A stretch of DNA of 64,000 bases from Haliotis rufescens (taxonomy: Eukaryota), in assembly GCF_023055435.1 (NCBI RefSeq), contig NW_025963890.1:59210001-59274000 (forward strand), in the 5' to 3' direction. How positions within the stretch are numbered: the stretch's first letter is position 1; each line of letters opens with the position of its first letter. Shown here in pieces: positions 36,223-48,909 of the stretch. The position numbers and the translations under genes are program-made. Under the pieces are notes generated by a model. That model was given only the letters and a program-made list of their open reading frames with translations, was not told where the DNA came from and did not search any database.

Positions 36223-37881
36223 ATAAATAAGAGGAAGATACATAACTTACAAGAAGTGCGAATGCAGGTAATGCTTCTAATTACGAAGCATTAATAGATT
36301 CTCAGCCGATGACTGTTATTCAAATCGTTCAAACAGACTACATGTCTGTAAGTCTGTTTGTCTGTCAAATTGTTTCATGTATTTATAGTTACATGTGTGT
36401 GTGCAGCTATGTCATAAGCATGTGTTTATGAACCATTATCAATCATTTACGATACCAGGACTGGTGCTCGTGAAAAGGGTGAGCTCATCCTCTCCCACCG
36501 ATGGCACCTGTCAAAAACACATGCACATGCACATGCAAGTCAAGTGTTCACCTGAACAAACACGGAAACATATGATACAAGTCAAAATATGAAAGTGCAT
36601 CGGACATAATTTTGGTCAGTGGTGCGACAAATTTGAAAATGACCTCCACATACCTACCAGCATTTAGGAAGCCTCATTAAGGCATGAAACATGATCTGGT
36701 ATCGTCCACATTAGTACTTTCGTATTTTAGTTTTACGATTAGTGTAAATATGTCAGATTCCTATCGTTGGTTTCACCTTGTTATATACACTTTTGAGTAT
36801 GCTAATTGACCTTCCTAGCCTTGTCTGGTGATTACTTCAGAACTATATATCCGAGACGTATGGCTGTTTCAGAGAGGATAGTGAGTGAGAGCTGCTTTGA
36901 AGAGAAACTTACATCGACACTAGATCACGGAAGCGGTCCGAATACATGTAGGAACCTAAAAATAGTCGTTATGTTATTGTGTTGAGACATATCTAATACG
37001 CGAAGAATGATCAGTCGAATGTTAGACTATGTGATTGGTCTTTGTTTATGTTGTTGGACGTTATCGATTTTAACCCGATTCTTGTTGATTTCAGAAGTAT
37101 CTTCAGCTACCCATATTATCGTTCCCTGTCAGGTGTTCCAACTCTAGCTCACGTGTCAAAATAATAATTTGTGTTACATTGATATTTGTAAAAGAAATGC
37201 TACATCGTATAAAAGTAGTAAATACTGTATAAGACTATCATCATGTGATGTTTCAGTTAAATAGGGTTCGAACTATATAAATAACATGAGGTAACATGTG
37301 CACATTACTTAATGTGCTAAAGTAATCACTGAATATGAGAAGCAAGCACTCCCTTAGTCTCTTTGCAAACAAACTGATAATTCTAAATCAGAATATCAGT
37401 TTTAAACAATCTCGGCCCTTGTGTGGCTTTTTCGAGTAAGACAACACGTAGGCACTGCAGTTGACAAATTATGATGGATTCGCATATTTGTTTTAATCAT
37501 CAGGAAGTCTATATACCACATTATAACCGTTTACCTAACATAGCGAAAATAACAGTGAACAACTTGCCGGATATAAATGCACAGTTCACACAGTTCGCAG
37601 CGCATGTAAAGGGAGATAACTCGTAAACGACTATCCTGAGTGGCAATGTGAACCAAACTGCTACGGGCATGGACAGTAACACAAAGTGTTTGTATATCAG
37701 TATATATCTTTTTTTCCAACTACAACTATGCTCTCTTTCCGTCGTTCACCCGTCAGGTCACTGTTATTGTACAAAAGTTTCGATCGAGTTCAGGACTTAT
37801 AAGGATTTAAGTTGTATCACTTGTATATCGCATATTTTTTGTTCCAAACTGTATTCTTTACAATTCGTTACTGTGTGTCAG

Positions 37882-37949
<68 letters not shown>
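37882..37949. repeat. (CA)n microsatellite
   Basis: Directly visible. Confidence 0.98.
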
Positions 37950-37950
<1 letters not shown>

Positions 37951-38348
37951 TATATATATATATCGCTAAACATATTCTTTCACGTTGCATCATAAAGCTT
38001 CCCATTTCGTACACCTCAAAGTGTCTGCAAAAAAACCCCATTAACTAGCACATTTAAGTAAAAACGTTTATTCATATTTTCATAGTGAATCTCACTTAAC
38101 CATTAACTGTAAACAATAAAAGAAATACAATCTTTCACTAATATTTAACATGCTCACAGTCAATCGGACGCGCTGTTTATCACTCACGCACTGTAAGACA
38201 TGCAATGTTCTATCCTTCACATTAAGGAGCAGTATGACATGAGACGAGGTCATATGTCGATTAAGCCATATGAAGTCAAACTAAAAGCTCGCATATTATC
38301 TGTCACTTCTTAAACAGTGAAATAGTCAATGTGAGGGATCAGTGACTA

Positions 38349-40189
38349 TTACATCTTGTCAGATGAAATCGTGCAAGTTTGTTTGTTAACATGTCGAGCA
38401 CCTGAGCGTGATCTCAGACGCATCCAAGCGAAGTCATAGGACTTTATTAAAGCGGCTGTTTTAACGTGACTTGAGGCTCTTCTGTACACCACCCTCCGCA
38501 CATGGACACTGCAGTCCTGCGACACAACATTGTTCACCTGAGCTCTGACAATTTTGTTTCCGAGAAGCCGCGTTTCCCAGTTGACATTATGAGGAATATG
38601 GCGACAGAACTTGCTGAATACTACAAACTTTCGTCCGTATCGGGTGGTCTGAACACCGATCTCATAGAGAGCTGGCTTATTGTTCTCAGACTTGAAGATT
38701 GTCTTCTTTCTGAATCCAGGGTTGGCACTCCGTCGCTTCTCCCATTGTGCATCATGTTTGAGTGGAACGTCAGAGGAGATAACCTTGACCCACGGTGACC
38801 AGTCCATGTTTCGTAAGCTGAAGTTGTTCTCAAAGACTTCCTCTCTTCTCAGAAGTGGTGTCACAAACTTTGTTGGTTTCTGGAATAATGTAAGTGTATT
38901 ATGAGACTCCTTGTACTTGTCATATCCTAACACAATGTAAACAAGAACTAAACAGTGTCATCGCGATTTAAAAATATATAAGAGAATATTTTACCTTCAC
39001 TGATTTCTTTCTTGGCTTCCTGGTCGATTTAGGTTTGGCCTTTCTGACTCTTTGGGTGGATGCAGGAGGTTTCTTTAACTTTGGACCCTTCACATCTTTT
39101 TTGGCGGCACCGATTGTAATTGTCGTCGTTGGTGGAGAAGGGGAGACAATTCCATCACGTAGGGATGTAAACATTCCTTCCATGTCTTTACTGATGGCAC
39201 CATTACTGCAACGGGCTCGAACCTCTTTCTCGTACACCTGATAAGGGCAAAATTCATTGATGAAACGAATCTTATAACAACGAAATTCACACAACTAAAA
39301 TGACAGCCGCTCTACAGAAGTTATAATGAGGTTAATTTATTTCAACCTACATGAAGGATATCTTCTCCATGTTCCCTGTAGCAGATGGCCATGAGGAAGT
39401 CAAAGATGTTTGTAAAGTTGTCCAATTTAAGATGCCGACCTCCTGTCTCGTTGGAAATGGTTTCGTAGAACGTCGTATTGTCCGTACCGCACTGAACTCC
39501 GTAGATTTTTATTCCCTGAAATTAACGTTAATAAATAGAAAAAGTGAATAAACACCGTTGTGTCGAATTTACAGCTGTTGTCTCGAAGTAAAATTCTCGG
39601 TCCCTGTACACTCCTTCTCGGGTGTGTCGAACCTCGGATAACTCGAAGCAATTATGTTGGTCTCCTCAACTTCGACACAACAGAGTTGGACTGTAATGGG
39701 AAAGGACACAACACAGAAATTAATAGGAATTCAACATACCATTTTATTCAGAGTTTGCGTCTCCATTCTCCAGTCTATTTTTAGTTTATTGGCTTTGAAG
39801 TTTGGTTCGTGGGGCTTGTCGTCCCCGACGACGACGAGAACACGGTTAGATCCTGGTGTCCATGACAATTCCTCCCCAACTTGTCGGAGAACAAGCTCGT
39901 AACACTCGCCGCTGTCGTAATCACCTCCTGTATCTTCAACGTTCATGACGAAGTCGCAGAGCTCTTTGACGTCAGTGGAAAAGTCGATCCACTTTGTGAC
40001 ATATGTGGATTTGGTACAGTAGTCACCGTGTGCGAAGACGGCGATTCTGATGGCGGGGATGTCAGCCTGCAGCCGCTGTATCATGTCCTGGAGCCGTCCT
40101 CTGACTTCGGCGAGACAGTCGCTCATGGAGCCGGTTGTGTCAAAGGAGAAGACAATCTCCGGAAGTCCACCAGGGGGAAGTAAAGCCAT
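38349..40189 (-). CDS. vWA + GIY-YIG-like protein, copy 4 (462 aa, most divergent intact copy); CDS exons 40189-39740, 39515-39351, 39237-38995, 38879-38349
   Basis: Exons of 450, 165, 243 and 531 nt, phase 0, GT-AG; intact frame; C-terminal YDFAW. Confidence 0.92.
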
Positions 40190-40353
40190 GTTGAATCTGC
40201 TTAACAGGCCGAAAGCTTGCATATTATTATTTCAATAATCAAGTATTTCGAGTACATTTATCTTAGGCAACGCTGTTTTCGGAATGCATTGTACAGTTAT
40301 GTTATAAATTATCCCGTTTAATTGATCCTATGATTTGTATAATAACGAATTAC

Positions 40354-40434
40354 CTTTTATATTGATATGTTGTACACACAGGGTAGTTTATGTCAGCTGA
40401 CTGATCTTACTCAGCGAGTACCTTAGCTTTTATA
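40354..40434 (-). promoter_or_regulatory. Copy 4 core promoter and short non-coding exon 1
   Basis: TATAAAAG 40434-40427, Inr TCAGTC (A+1 40402), donor AAG|GTAATT at 40354. Confidence 0.78.
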
Positions 40435-40834
40435 CTGACTGAGAGGCGATAGCGACGAGCCCGCGTTGGCTTGTTTCGGTCTGCAGGTTCAGACTCGCTC
40501 TGCGGTGGACTTTTGGATATTTGACGACATGTTCATGTCTCTGTGTTTTTGCCCGTGTTTCAATGGAGGCTTCTGTTAAAAACAAAGGAGCTCAAAGTGA
40601 TTAATCAGTTTACGTATAACGTAGTCGGGGAGTTACTGCACCTATTTTATTTCAGGAAAAGTGGTCTTTTTGATTCGTGCTTGTTCAGAACTGAGGTATG
40701 AAACACATTCAGAAACGTTTGAGCATACACCTCAATACGTTGTTGATAGCAATGCTCCTTTCACTGTACTTTGGTAGATATTTAAGCCGTATATAGTTTG
40801 AGTCTGCAATGTGAGGAGTTTGAATAACTGGGCA

Positions 40835-40855
40835 TGAGGTCATTTCTTCGCGGAA
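40835..40855. promoter_or_regulatory. CRE-like + STAT/GAS-like element, copy 4
   Basis: TGAGGTCA-TTTC-TTCGCGGAA, about 430 bp upstream of the TSS. Confidence 0.6.
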
Positions 40856-41749
40856 TATCTTATCAAGCAAAATATTAATGTGACCCCAAATGAAAATAAA
40901 AAATATATTTTGAAGCCTCTGTTACATTTTTATGTTTCTTCATTCATATTTCGTCTGTGTTGAGGGAATTTCATCATACGTTACAATTATATTGTTATCA
41001 TTAAATACAGCATTCGCGTTATGATTATTTCAAGTCCGTCTATCTGTCGGTGTTTCACCTCAGGCCCCTGTTTGAAGTTCCTGTGTGGCATGAGTCCGTG
41101 TTCCATGAAGGCATGAACATACTTCAACTTTGGCCTCTGTTTCAGAGATGATGGTTCAAACATGCTTTCAAATATATTGTCATCAATCAATCAATCAAGT
41201 TTATGTCGTAATTCAGGCCACATAGTACAGTTGTAAGATAAATAACATTTTAGGTCACATGTCCAGATCATATGCCATCTCAATATGATATATCAGCACT
41301 ACTACACTGACCAGTTCCATGTGATATATTTGTTCAAAGGTTATTATTCCACATTGATCATTTCACTTTTGAAATAAATTGAAGCCCGCATCAAACACAT
41401 CACCACCGAAATTTCTATTTCTTCCATTTGTAGCCACCACCAAAAATGGGTGAATACTCAGTTTATTTTCCCCCCGAGAGTGTCTCAGTAACATTATCTG
41501 ACCAGTGGTCTAACCATGTATAAGCAGTATATTTCTGTTTATCTTACGCATATGGGTCTAAGCTACAAGAGGAAGACAGTTCATAAAAAGGTATTTTGCA
41601 ATAGGTGTATACATTTTGCAGAAACACGCAGAGCATAAGAAATAAAGCAGGATCAATATTAATCATGATACCGTGTATACTGTACCGTGATTTATATACA
41701 TGTGAATGAGACTGTTCAGTTAGGATAAGCGTTCTTGGCTTCTGAGACG

Positions 41750-41870
41750 TATCTCTCAAACACTCTTTGTTTACATTAAGTTCCCCACGCGTGTGTATAG
41801 GACTCGGTATCGCAGTGCAGTGTGACAAGTTTGGCAAGAATGTGTGACGTAATTACTTCGCGGAATGTGA
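41750..41870. promoter_or_regulatory. Conserved distal upstream module, copy 4
   Basis: TAGGACTCGG...GAATGTGTGACGTAATTACTTCGCGGAA. Confidence 0.55.
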
Positions 41871-42292
41871 TCCAGTAATCAGTTGTGCCCGGTTGGTCAC
41901 ATGTCCACAGATAACGGGTGAAAGTCCACTTACTACATACCGATATGGTCTCTGGCTTACTTCCAAAGCCATTCTTATATCAATAGAAATAACAGATCTT
42001 ACAGCAAATATTGACCTGAATAGATAAATGAGATTAATGGTGGCGACTTGTGTCCGAATATCATTTGCCTTTTTCACATACAAATAATTTTATGTTTAAA
42101 TCAGTGGTGTTGAAATTTAAATACCAATCATCAGATAATACCCCCAAATACATTTCATCACCATTTGTGCATAATACAAAATACTTACATAAGAATATGT
42201 AGGATTAGTATTGTAGCATTTCGTATGAAATTCATATAATTAACCTGAGAATATCCTTCAATGCACACCACTCCCTACAGTCATGATAATAT

Positions 42293-42548
42293 CCCGGCTA
42301 GAATAGGTCTTCAGCAACCCATGCTTGCCGTAAAAGGCGACTATGCTTGTCGTAAGAGACGACTAACGGGATCAGGTGGTAATTAAGACTCGCTGACTTG
42401 GTTGATGCATGTCATGGTATCCCAATTGCGAGGAACGATGCTCATGATGTCAATCACTGGATTGGCTGGTCCAGACTCGATTATTTACAGCCCGCCGTCA
42501 TATAGCTGGAATATTGCTGAATGCGGCGTTAAACAACAAACAAACAAT
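42293..42548 (+). mobile_element. SINE-like repeat family A
   Basis: Family A consensus. Confidence 0.85.
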
Positions 42549-42580
42549 GAAATCAATCATGGTTTTAAAGATACACCGTG

Positions 42581-42687
42581 GGCCCCGTTCCTCAAAGCGA
42601 TTTTAGCGCTGAGTTGATCGTAAGTCCCATACTTTAACATAGGGTTACGATCATCGTAGCGCTAAGATCGCTTTGAGGAACGGGGCC
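42581..42687. mobile_element. Palindromic MITE, PIF/Harbinger-like
   Basis: TIRs GGCCCCGTTCCTCAAAGCGAT / ATCGCTTTGAGGAACGGGGCC; nearly the whole element is a hairpin. Confidence 0.8.
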
Positions 42688-43102
42688 CTGGACATTAGTA
42701 GGCGTAATATGCTTGATGAACGTGTTAATTTTATTATGCGTGTTCATTTTCACAAATACACATGGATAATATTGCCAACGTGGATGTGAATATTGTGGAA
42801 AGGCTGATAATAAGAAAGCTTCCTCGATATCATTTATTCAGTATGTTTGTTCATTTTCAAGTAGTAAATGTACTGTGATATAGCAGTTTGACACTTGCGC
42901 CCGTGCAACAAGCGGGGCTGCTTTTACATGAAGATGCCATCTCCGTGTGGAAATACACGATCGCTAAGAGGGTTTATTGTTTACAAGTTCTCCGGTCTAT
43001 ATACAAGAATTGTTATACATGCATATCTACAACTGTATGCACACATGTGTCAATTCGGGGTCAATTTTTCTCTCTCAATGTAATTAATCACACACAAAGT
43101 AT

Positions 43103-43876
43103 ATACGTAAATGTATGTGACAATGAAGAAATAGATGTGTGGACACACACAGCAAATATCACAAACGTGAAGATAGATGACAATGAAGATTTAGGTGTCT
43201 GGACACACACAGCAAATACCACACACGTGAAGATAGATGACAATGAAGATTTAGGTGTCTGGACACACACAGCAAATATCATACACGTGAAGATAGATGA
43301 CAATGAAGATTTAGATGTGTGGACACACACAGCAAATATCACAAACGTGAAGATAGATGACAATGAAGAAATAAATGTGTGGACACACACAGCAAATATC
43401 ACAAACGTGAAGATAGATGACAATGAAGATTTAGATGTCTGGACACACACAGCAAATATCACAAACGTGAAGATAGATGACAATGAAGATTTAGGTGTCT
43501 GGACACACACAGCAAATATCATACACGTGAAGATAGATGACAATGAAGAAATAGATGTGTGGACACACACAGCAAATATCACAAACGTGAAGATAGATGA
43601 CAATGAAGATTTAGATGTCTGGACACACACAGCAAATATCACAAACGTGAAGATAGATGACAATGAAGATTTAGGTGTCTGGACACACACAGCAAATATC
43701 ATACACGTGAAGATAGATGACAATGAAGAAATAGATGTGTGGACACACACAGCAAATATCACAAACGTGAAGATAGATGACAATGAAGATTTAGATGTCT
43801 GGACACACACAGCAAATAGCATACACGTGAAGATAGGTGACAATGAAGATTTAGATGTCTGGACACACACAGCAAA
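43103..43876. repeat. 60-bp minisatellite, about 13 copies, no indels
   Basis: GGACACACACAGCAAATATCACAAACGTGAAGATAGATGACAATGAAGATTTAGATGTCT in perfect register. Confidence 0.97.
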
Positions 43877-44569
43877 GTTTTTGAAGAAGATTTACTGTTT
43901 ATATCAAAAAGGGCTTTTACGATTCATTTCTATATTCTGTAAAGAGAATCTTTTTGTGGCATTGGGGGCCCAGTCGTCTAAGACGCCACGATTCGCTGTG
44001 CAGAGTTCCGTCCCAGGGCACACCAGACACCTATGATTACTGGTTCGAATCCCGGTTCGCCCCTGTTATGTTTCTAGGTATGTATCTTAAATTAGCGATA
44101 TTATAGCCAAAAAATGAACGGTTAAAGCGCTTAGTCAGCGCTCAATGAATACTTCTACATGGTTTAAAGCTTTAAAAGATTACTTTTTTTGCGCCTAATA
44201 CACAACTGGTGATAGGTTTCTTGGACATTTATTTACAATATTTCACTTGACCCAAGTTTGATTCAAGTCATCACCGGTTTGTTAGTCTGCTAACTTAACT
44301 TTAATGATATATGTATTCATGACATTAGTTTTATTTAAGCTATATCCGTATGCGTTTATCAATATAGTACCAACGGAGTTGTGATGGATCTGTGTGTATG
44401 CGGGAGTGTGTGAGTAATTGGTCAGTATATTTGTATCAATTTTGTTTAGGCATATGGTAGGGTGTTTCAGCGTCGTGTTGTTTTTATATCTATATCAGGC
44501 CTGCCTATGAAAAAAAGTCGAATTAGGGATTCCGACTAAATTATGAGCATGTATTTATTAATCATGTTC

Positions 44570-44823
44570 ATTTGTTGTTTAACGCCGCACTCAGCTATAT
44601 TCCAGCTATATGACGGCGGTCTAAATATTAGAGTCTGAACCAGACAATCCAGTGATTGATATCATGAACATCGATCTACACAATTGTGATACGATGACAC
44701 GCATCAACTAAGTCAACAAGTCTGACATCCATTCCTGTTAGTCACCTCTTACGACAAGCATAGTCGCCTTTTAAGGCAAGCATGGGTTGCTGAAGATCTA
44801 TTCGGCCCGGATCTTCACGGGTC
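44570..44823 (-). mobile_element. SINE-like repeat family A
   Basis: Reverse complement of the family A consensus. Confidence 0.85.
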
Positions 44824-45834
44824 TATTTATGAATCACCATCAAATAGTGATGATACCAGGTGTTCATGGAAAGGTGAACTTATCCTGCCCCAAGGCTGAT
44901 ACACATCACAAACACATGCAAAGGAAAGTCAAGTGTTCACTTGTAAACCTAGCGACCAGGCTAAATAGAGAGTGAAAGCATGAACAGAAAACGATGTACA
45001 CTGCAACGCAGCGAAATTATAGGGCCTAGTCACCCGATGCTTCACGCCATGAGATCACAAACATCTTGATGTTGAGCTGTGACATGATCATGGTCAATAT
45101 TCAAATCATGTATCGCTATGTATTGTTATACAATGATTGGAACTGTATTTTTATTTTTATACTGATTCTGTTGAGATTCAGTAGACGTTCCTTGTATTGT
45201 ATTTGGACATTCTATTAATGTACTTAATGGTGAGTAAGTTATTATATTTAGATGCTCGAATTATCTATAAACTTCCGGAATAGCGTGGATGGATGTCAAG
45301 CGTTATAGAAACGTGTGGAATATTCTGTGATTTTTCTAGTGACACTGGACTGGTAAAGCACTGTTGGGAAAGTGTGGGAAGCTGGTTGGACTATATGAGT
45401 GGATCGGGCGCGGCCCTGTCTCATCTCACATTACATCAAGACCAGCTTTTGTGTGAAGATTCCATTTCACCCTGGAATTCTAGCCTGGTCTATCTCGGGA
45501 GCTTGACCACTGTTGCAGCGAGGTGATTATTATTCTTGTCATTGTCCTTTCCACTGCTCTCGCATATTATACTGACTACTATTGTACTACTACTCTCTTG
45601 TGTACTGCCATTTTAATTGCTGTGCAGTAATTTGCAGTTATTTGTAAACCTAGTAAATTTTGTGATTTTGTTGATTGTATACCAGATTTCTGAGTTAACA
45701 TATTGTTTCAATTTGGGAATCGCCACGTAATAATATCAATTCTACATTATGATAAGGTAAATACTTTCCATTAGACACTTTTTTGTTTTTTTTACATTTT
45801 CTTTTTAATAATTCTCACACGATCTGTACAGTTC

Positions 45835-48197
45835 TTATATTTCCTCTGACGACATTATGCTGCCTTGTCTGTACACATATCGGGCGCGAGGGCGTGATCT
45901 CAGACGCTCCCAAGCATAGTCAAAGGACTTCATCATAGAAAGAGACTTATTGTGACTTGAAGCTCTTCTGTACACCACCCTCCACACAAAGACACTTTCC
46001 CAAGTAACATTCCCGGGGATATGGTGTCAAACGTGTTGAATACTACGACCCTTCGTCTGTATCGTTTGGCTTGAACAGCTATTTCATAGAGAGCTAGTTT
46101 ATTGTTCTCAGAAATGAACATCCGTGTTTCTTTAGCAAAAGATGTTCTCAAAGACTTGCTGGAGTATCATGCAGGAAGACGAGGCACCATAGGTCTCCAT
46201 GATCCCCAGCAGGCTTGAACAGGTTTTTCATAGAGAGCTAGTTTATTGTTCTCAGAAATGACATCCGTGTTTCTTTAGCAAAAGATGTTCTGAAAGACTT
46301 GCTGGGGTATCATGCAGGAAGACGAGGTACCATAGGTTTCTATGATCCCCAGCAGGCTTGAACAGCTATTTCATAGAGAGCTGTTTTATTGTTCTCAGAA
46401 ATGAACATCCGTGTTTCTTTAGCAAAAGATGTTCTGAAAGACTTGCTGGGGTATCATGCAGGAAGACGAGGTACCATAGGTTTCTATGATCCCCAGCAGG
46501 CTTGAACAGCTATTTCATAGAGAGCTGTTTTATTGTTCTCAGAAATGAACATCCGTGTTTCTTTAGCAAAAGATGTTCTGAAAGACTTGCTGGAGTATCA
46601 TGCAGGAAGACGAAGTACTGTAGGTCCCCATGATCCCCAGCAGGTGGCCTAGCTTTGGTTACTTGTGGCCTACAACCCGTGTTTTAAACTGTATTAATGT
46701 TATTGTTATGTTAGTTTGATCAAATGTGTTTTAAAACAAAATATACATTTGCATTCATAACTCAATTGTGAATACGTATATTAACTTGGTCTCGTCGCTA
46801 TATGGCTGAAATAATGCCGATGCGACGAAAATTTAAACTCACTCACTCAAAGACTTCCGCTCTTCTCAGAAGAGGTGCCACAAACCTTTCTGGTTTCAGG
46901 AATTACAAACATATAACGAGAGTACAGATCTCCCAATGAACACCACACGTGACATTGCGAAAAGATAGCTATTTAATTTATGATTTATGAAACTTCCCTT
47001 CAATGATTTGGTTCTGGGCATCCTGTTTGATCTACGTTTAGACTTTTGGACTCCTCGGTTGGATGCTGTCTTCTTTAAGGTGGGAACCTTCACCCTCATC
47101 TTGGCAGGCTTAGCAACAGCAACATTCTTCCCATCCTTCCCGACTCCAGGAATGGATGTCGTCTTCTTAAAGATAGGTGGCTTATCACCTTTCTCAGCCG
47201 CACTTGCTGGCGTCTTCTTCTTTGGCGAGGAAGGGGAGGCTACTCCATCCAGTAGAGACGTAAACATGACTCGAACCGCTTTTTCGTAATCCTGATAAAT
47301 AAAACAAATCTTACAGACAAGATAAACAAAATATTATTTTTGAAATCAAACATTGGAAATGACAATCCATGGATCAATTAACCCTGGACACATGTATTGA
47401 GATAACAATATAGTGGGTAATCGATAACTCAAATACGACAGGGGAGGCCAGATATGTCAAATTACACGAAGGGTATCTGCCCCGTGTTCCCTGTAGCAGA
47501 TGGCCATGATGAAGTCAAAGATATTTGTATAGTTGTCCAATTTAAGATGTCGTCCTCCTGTCTCGATGCAAATTGTCTGGTAGAACGTCGTAGCCCAGTC
47601 GTCACACTCAACTCCATAAATTGTTATTCCCTGGATATAAAATCAGTGAATATCATGAGTACCTATATCTCTTCATATGATTTATGAAGAGGATTATAAA
47701 ATGTTGCAGCCTTCTAAGTTGATCGAAATTACAGGGTAAAATTCAACTAACCATTTTATGGAGAGTTTTTGTCTCCTCTCCAGTCTATATTTCGTTTATT
47801 GGCTCTGAAGTTTCGTTCGTGGGGGTAGTCGTCTTCGACGACGACAAGACCTCGGTTGGATCTCTGTGTCAAAGACAACTCCTAACAAACCTTGTCTGAA
47901 AACAAGCTCGTAACATTCGGCCCCGTCATCAGTGCCCCCCTGTACCTTTCACGTTCATGACGAAGTCCCAGAGCTTTTTGACGTCAGTGGAGAAGTCGAT
48001 TTTGTGACATATGTGGATTTGGTACAGTATTCACCGTGTGCGAAGACGGCGATTCTGATGGCGGGGATGTCAGCCTGGAGCCGCTGTATCATGTCCTGGA
48101 GCCGACCTCTGACTTCGGTCAGACAGTCGTTCATTGTCCCGGCTGTGTCAAAGGAAAACACAATCTCCATAAGTCCACTAGGAGGGACTAAGGCCAT
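45835..48197 (-). pseudogene. vWA + GIY-YIG-like gene, copy 5 (pseudogene)
   Basis: ATG at 48197; MIDAS degraded to DTAGTM; 4-nt deletion near 48000 causing a frameshift and stop at 47955; deletions in later exons; last exon split by an insertion (~46158-46845); TATA decayed to TATGAACG (~48470). Confidence 0.9.
46069..46643. repeat. ~144-bp tandem repeat x4 spanning an exon/insertion junction of the pseudogene
   Basis: GCTTGAACAGCTATTTCATAGAGAGCT...CATGATCCCCAGCAG repeated four times. Confidence 0.92.
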
Positions 48198-48649
48198 GTT
48201 GAATCTGAGGAACAATTTATTCCCACTAGGTTTAAAAATATTTAAATATGTTTAAGAAAACTGAAATTAGTTCCACCAACTTACAAAAAGTAAACATTCT
48301 TTCAATGATCCTAATATTGTTTATTAACGACGCATCTTATGTTAGAAAGAATACCGTTCATTAATATTTATCTCCAAAGTATACTAGATGCCCCTGTTGT
48401 ATTGTACTACAGTCTCTCAACTGCTCTAGACCTTAGAGATCTTATAAATATACCCAGCGAGAGGGTAAGCGTTCATACTGGCTGAGAGGCGATCAGGCGA
48501 GCTCGCTGAGATTTGTCCTGGTCGACTTGCGTTGCGTTTAACTTTGGACATCTGTCGATGTTCATATAGCCTAATATCTCCATCTTCGTGTCCGTATTTC
48601 AAATAAGGCTTCTGTTCGATCTCCGTTCATGACATTGATCAGTGTTTAC

Positions 48650-48750
48650 TGAACGACAAGAAGCGCGGTTAGATCCCTAGGGCCTCTGTCCATGACCAGC
48701 GATCTCCAGCTCGTCAGGAAACAAGTTCGTAACATTTGCCCTCATCATGA
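48650..48750 (-). pseudogene. Degenerate fragment of a further vWA exon
   Basis: GACAAGAAGCGCGGTTAGATCC...GTCCATGAC...AACAAGTTCGTAACATTTGCC matches the CYELV...SWTPGSNRVLV segment of the paralogues. Confidence 0.7.
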
Positions 48751-48909
48751 CAGCAATATTTTATCAACAATAACGTGACGTATTTCACATTTCGACATAA
48801 CACTAGTACTTGCAGTTCGTTATTGTCAGTCGGGTGGACAGCTTACCTTGATATCGCCAGATAGTCAGTCGGTGAAGAGGTCACCTACATTATCTCGACT
48901 TGCAAGTAT

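Noticed and set aside
37648-38048. His/Thr-repeat ORFs (also 49386-49740)
   Set aside because: (CA)n microsatellite translations.
43088-43870. 260-aa hydrophobic repeat ORF on the minus strand
   Set aside because: By-product of a stop-free 60-bp repeat unit.
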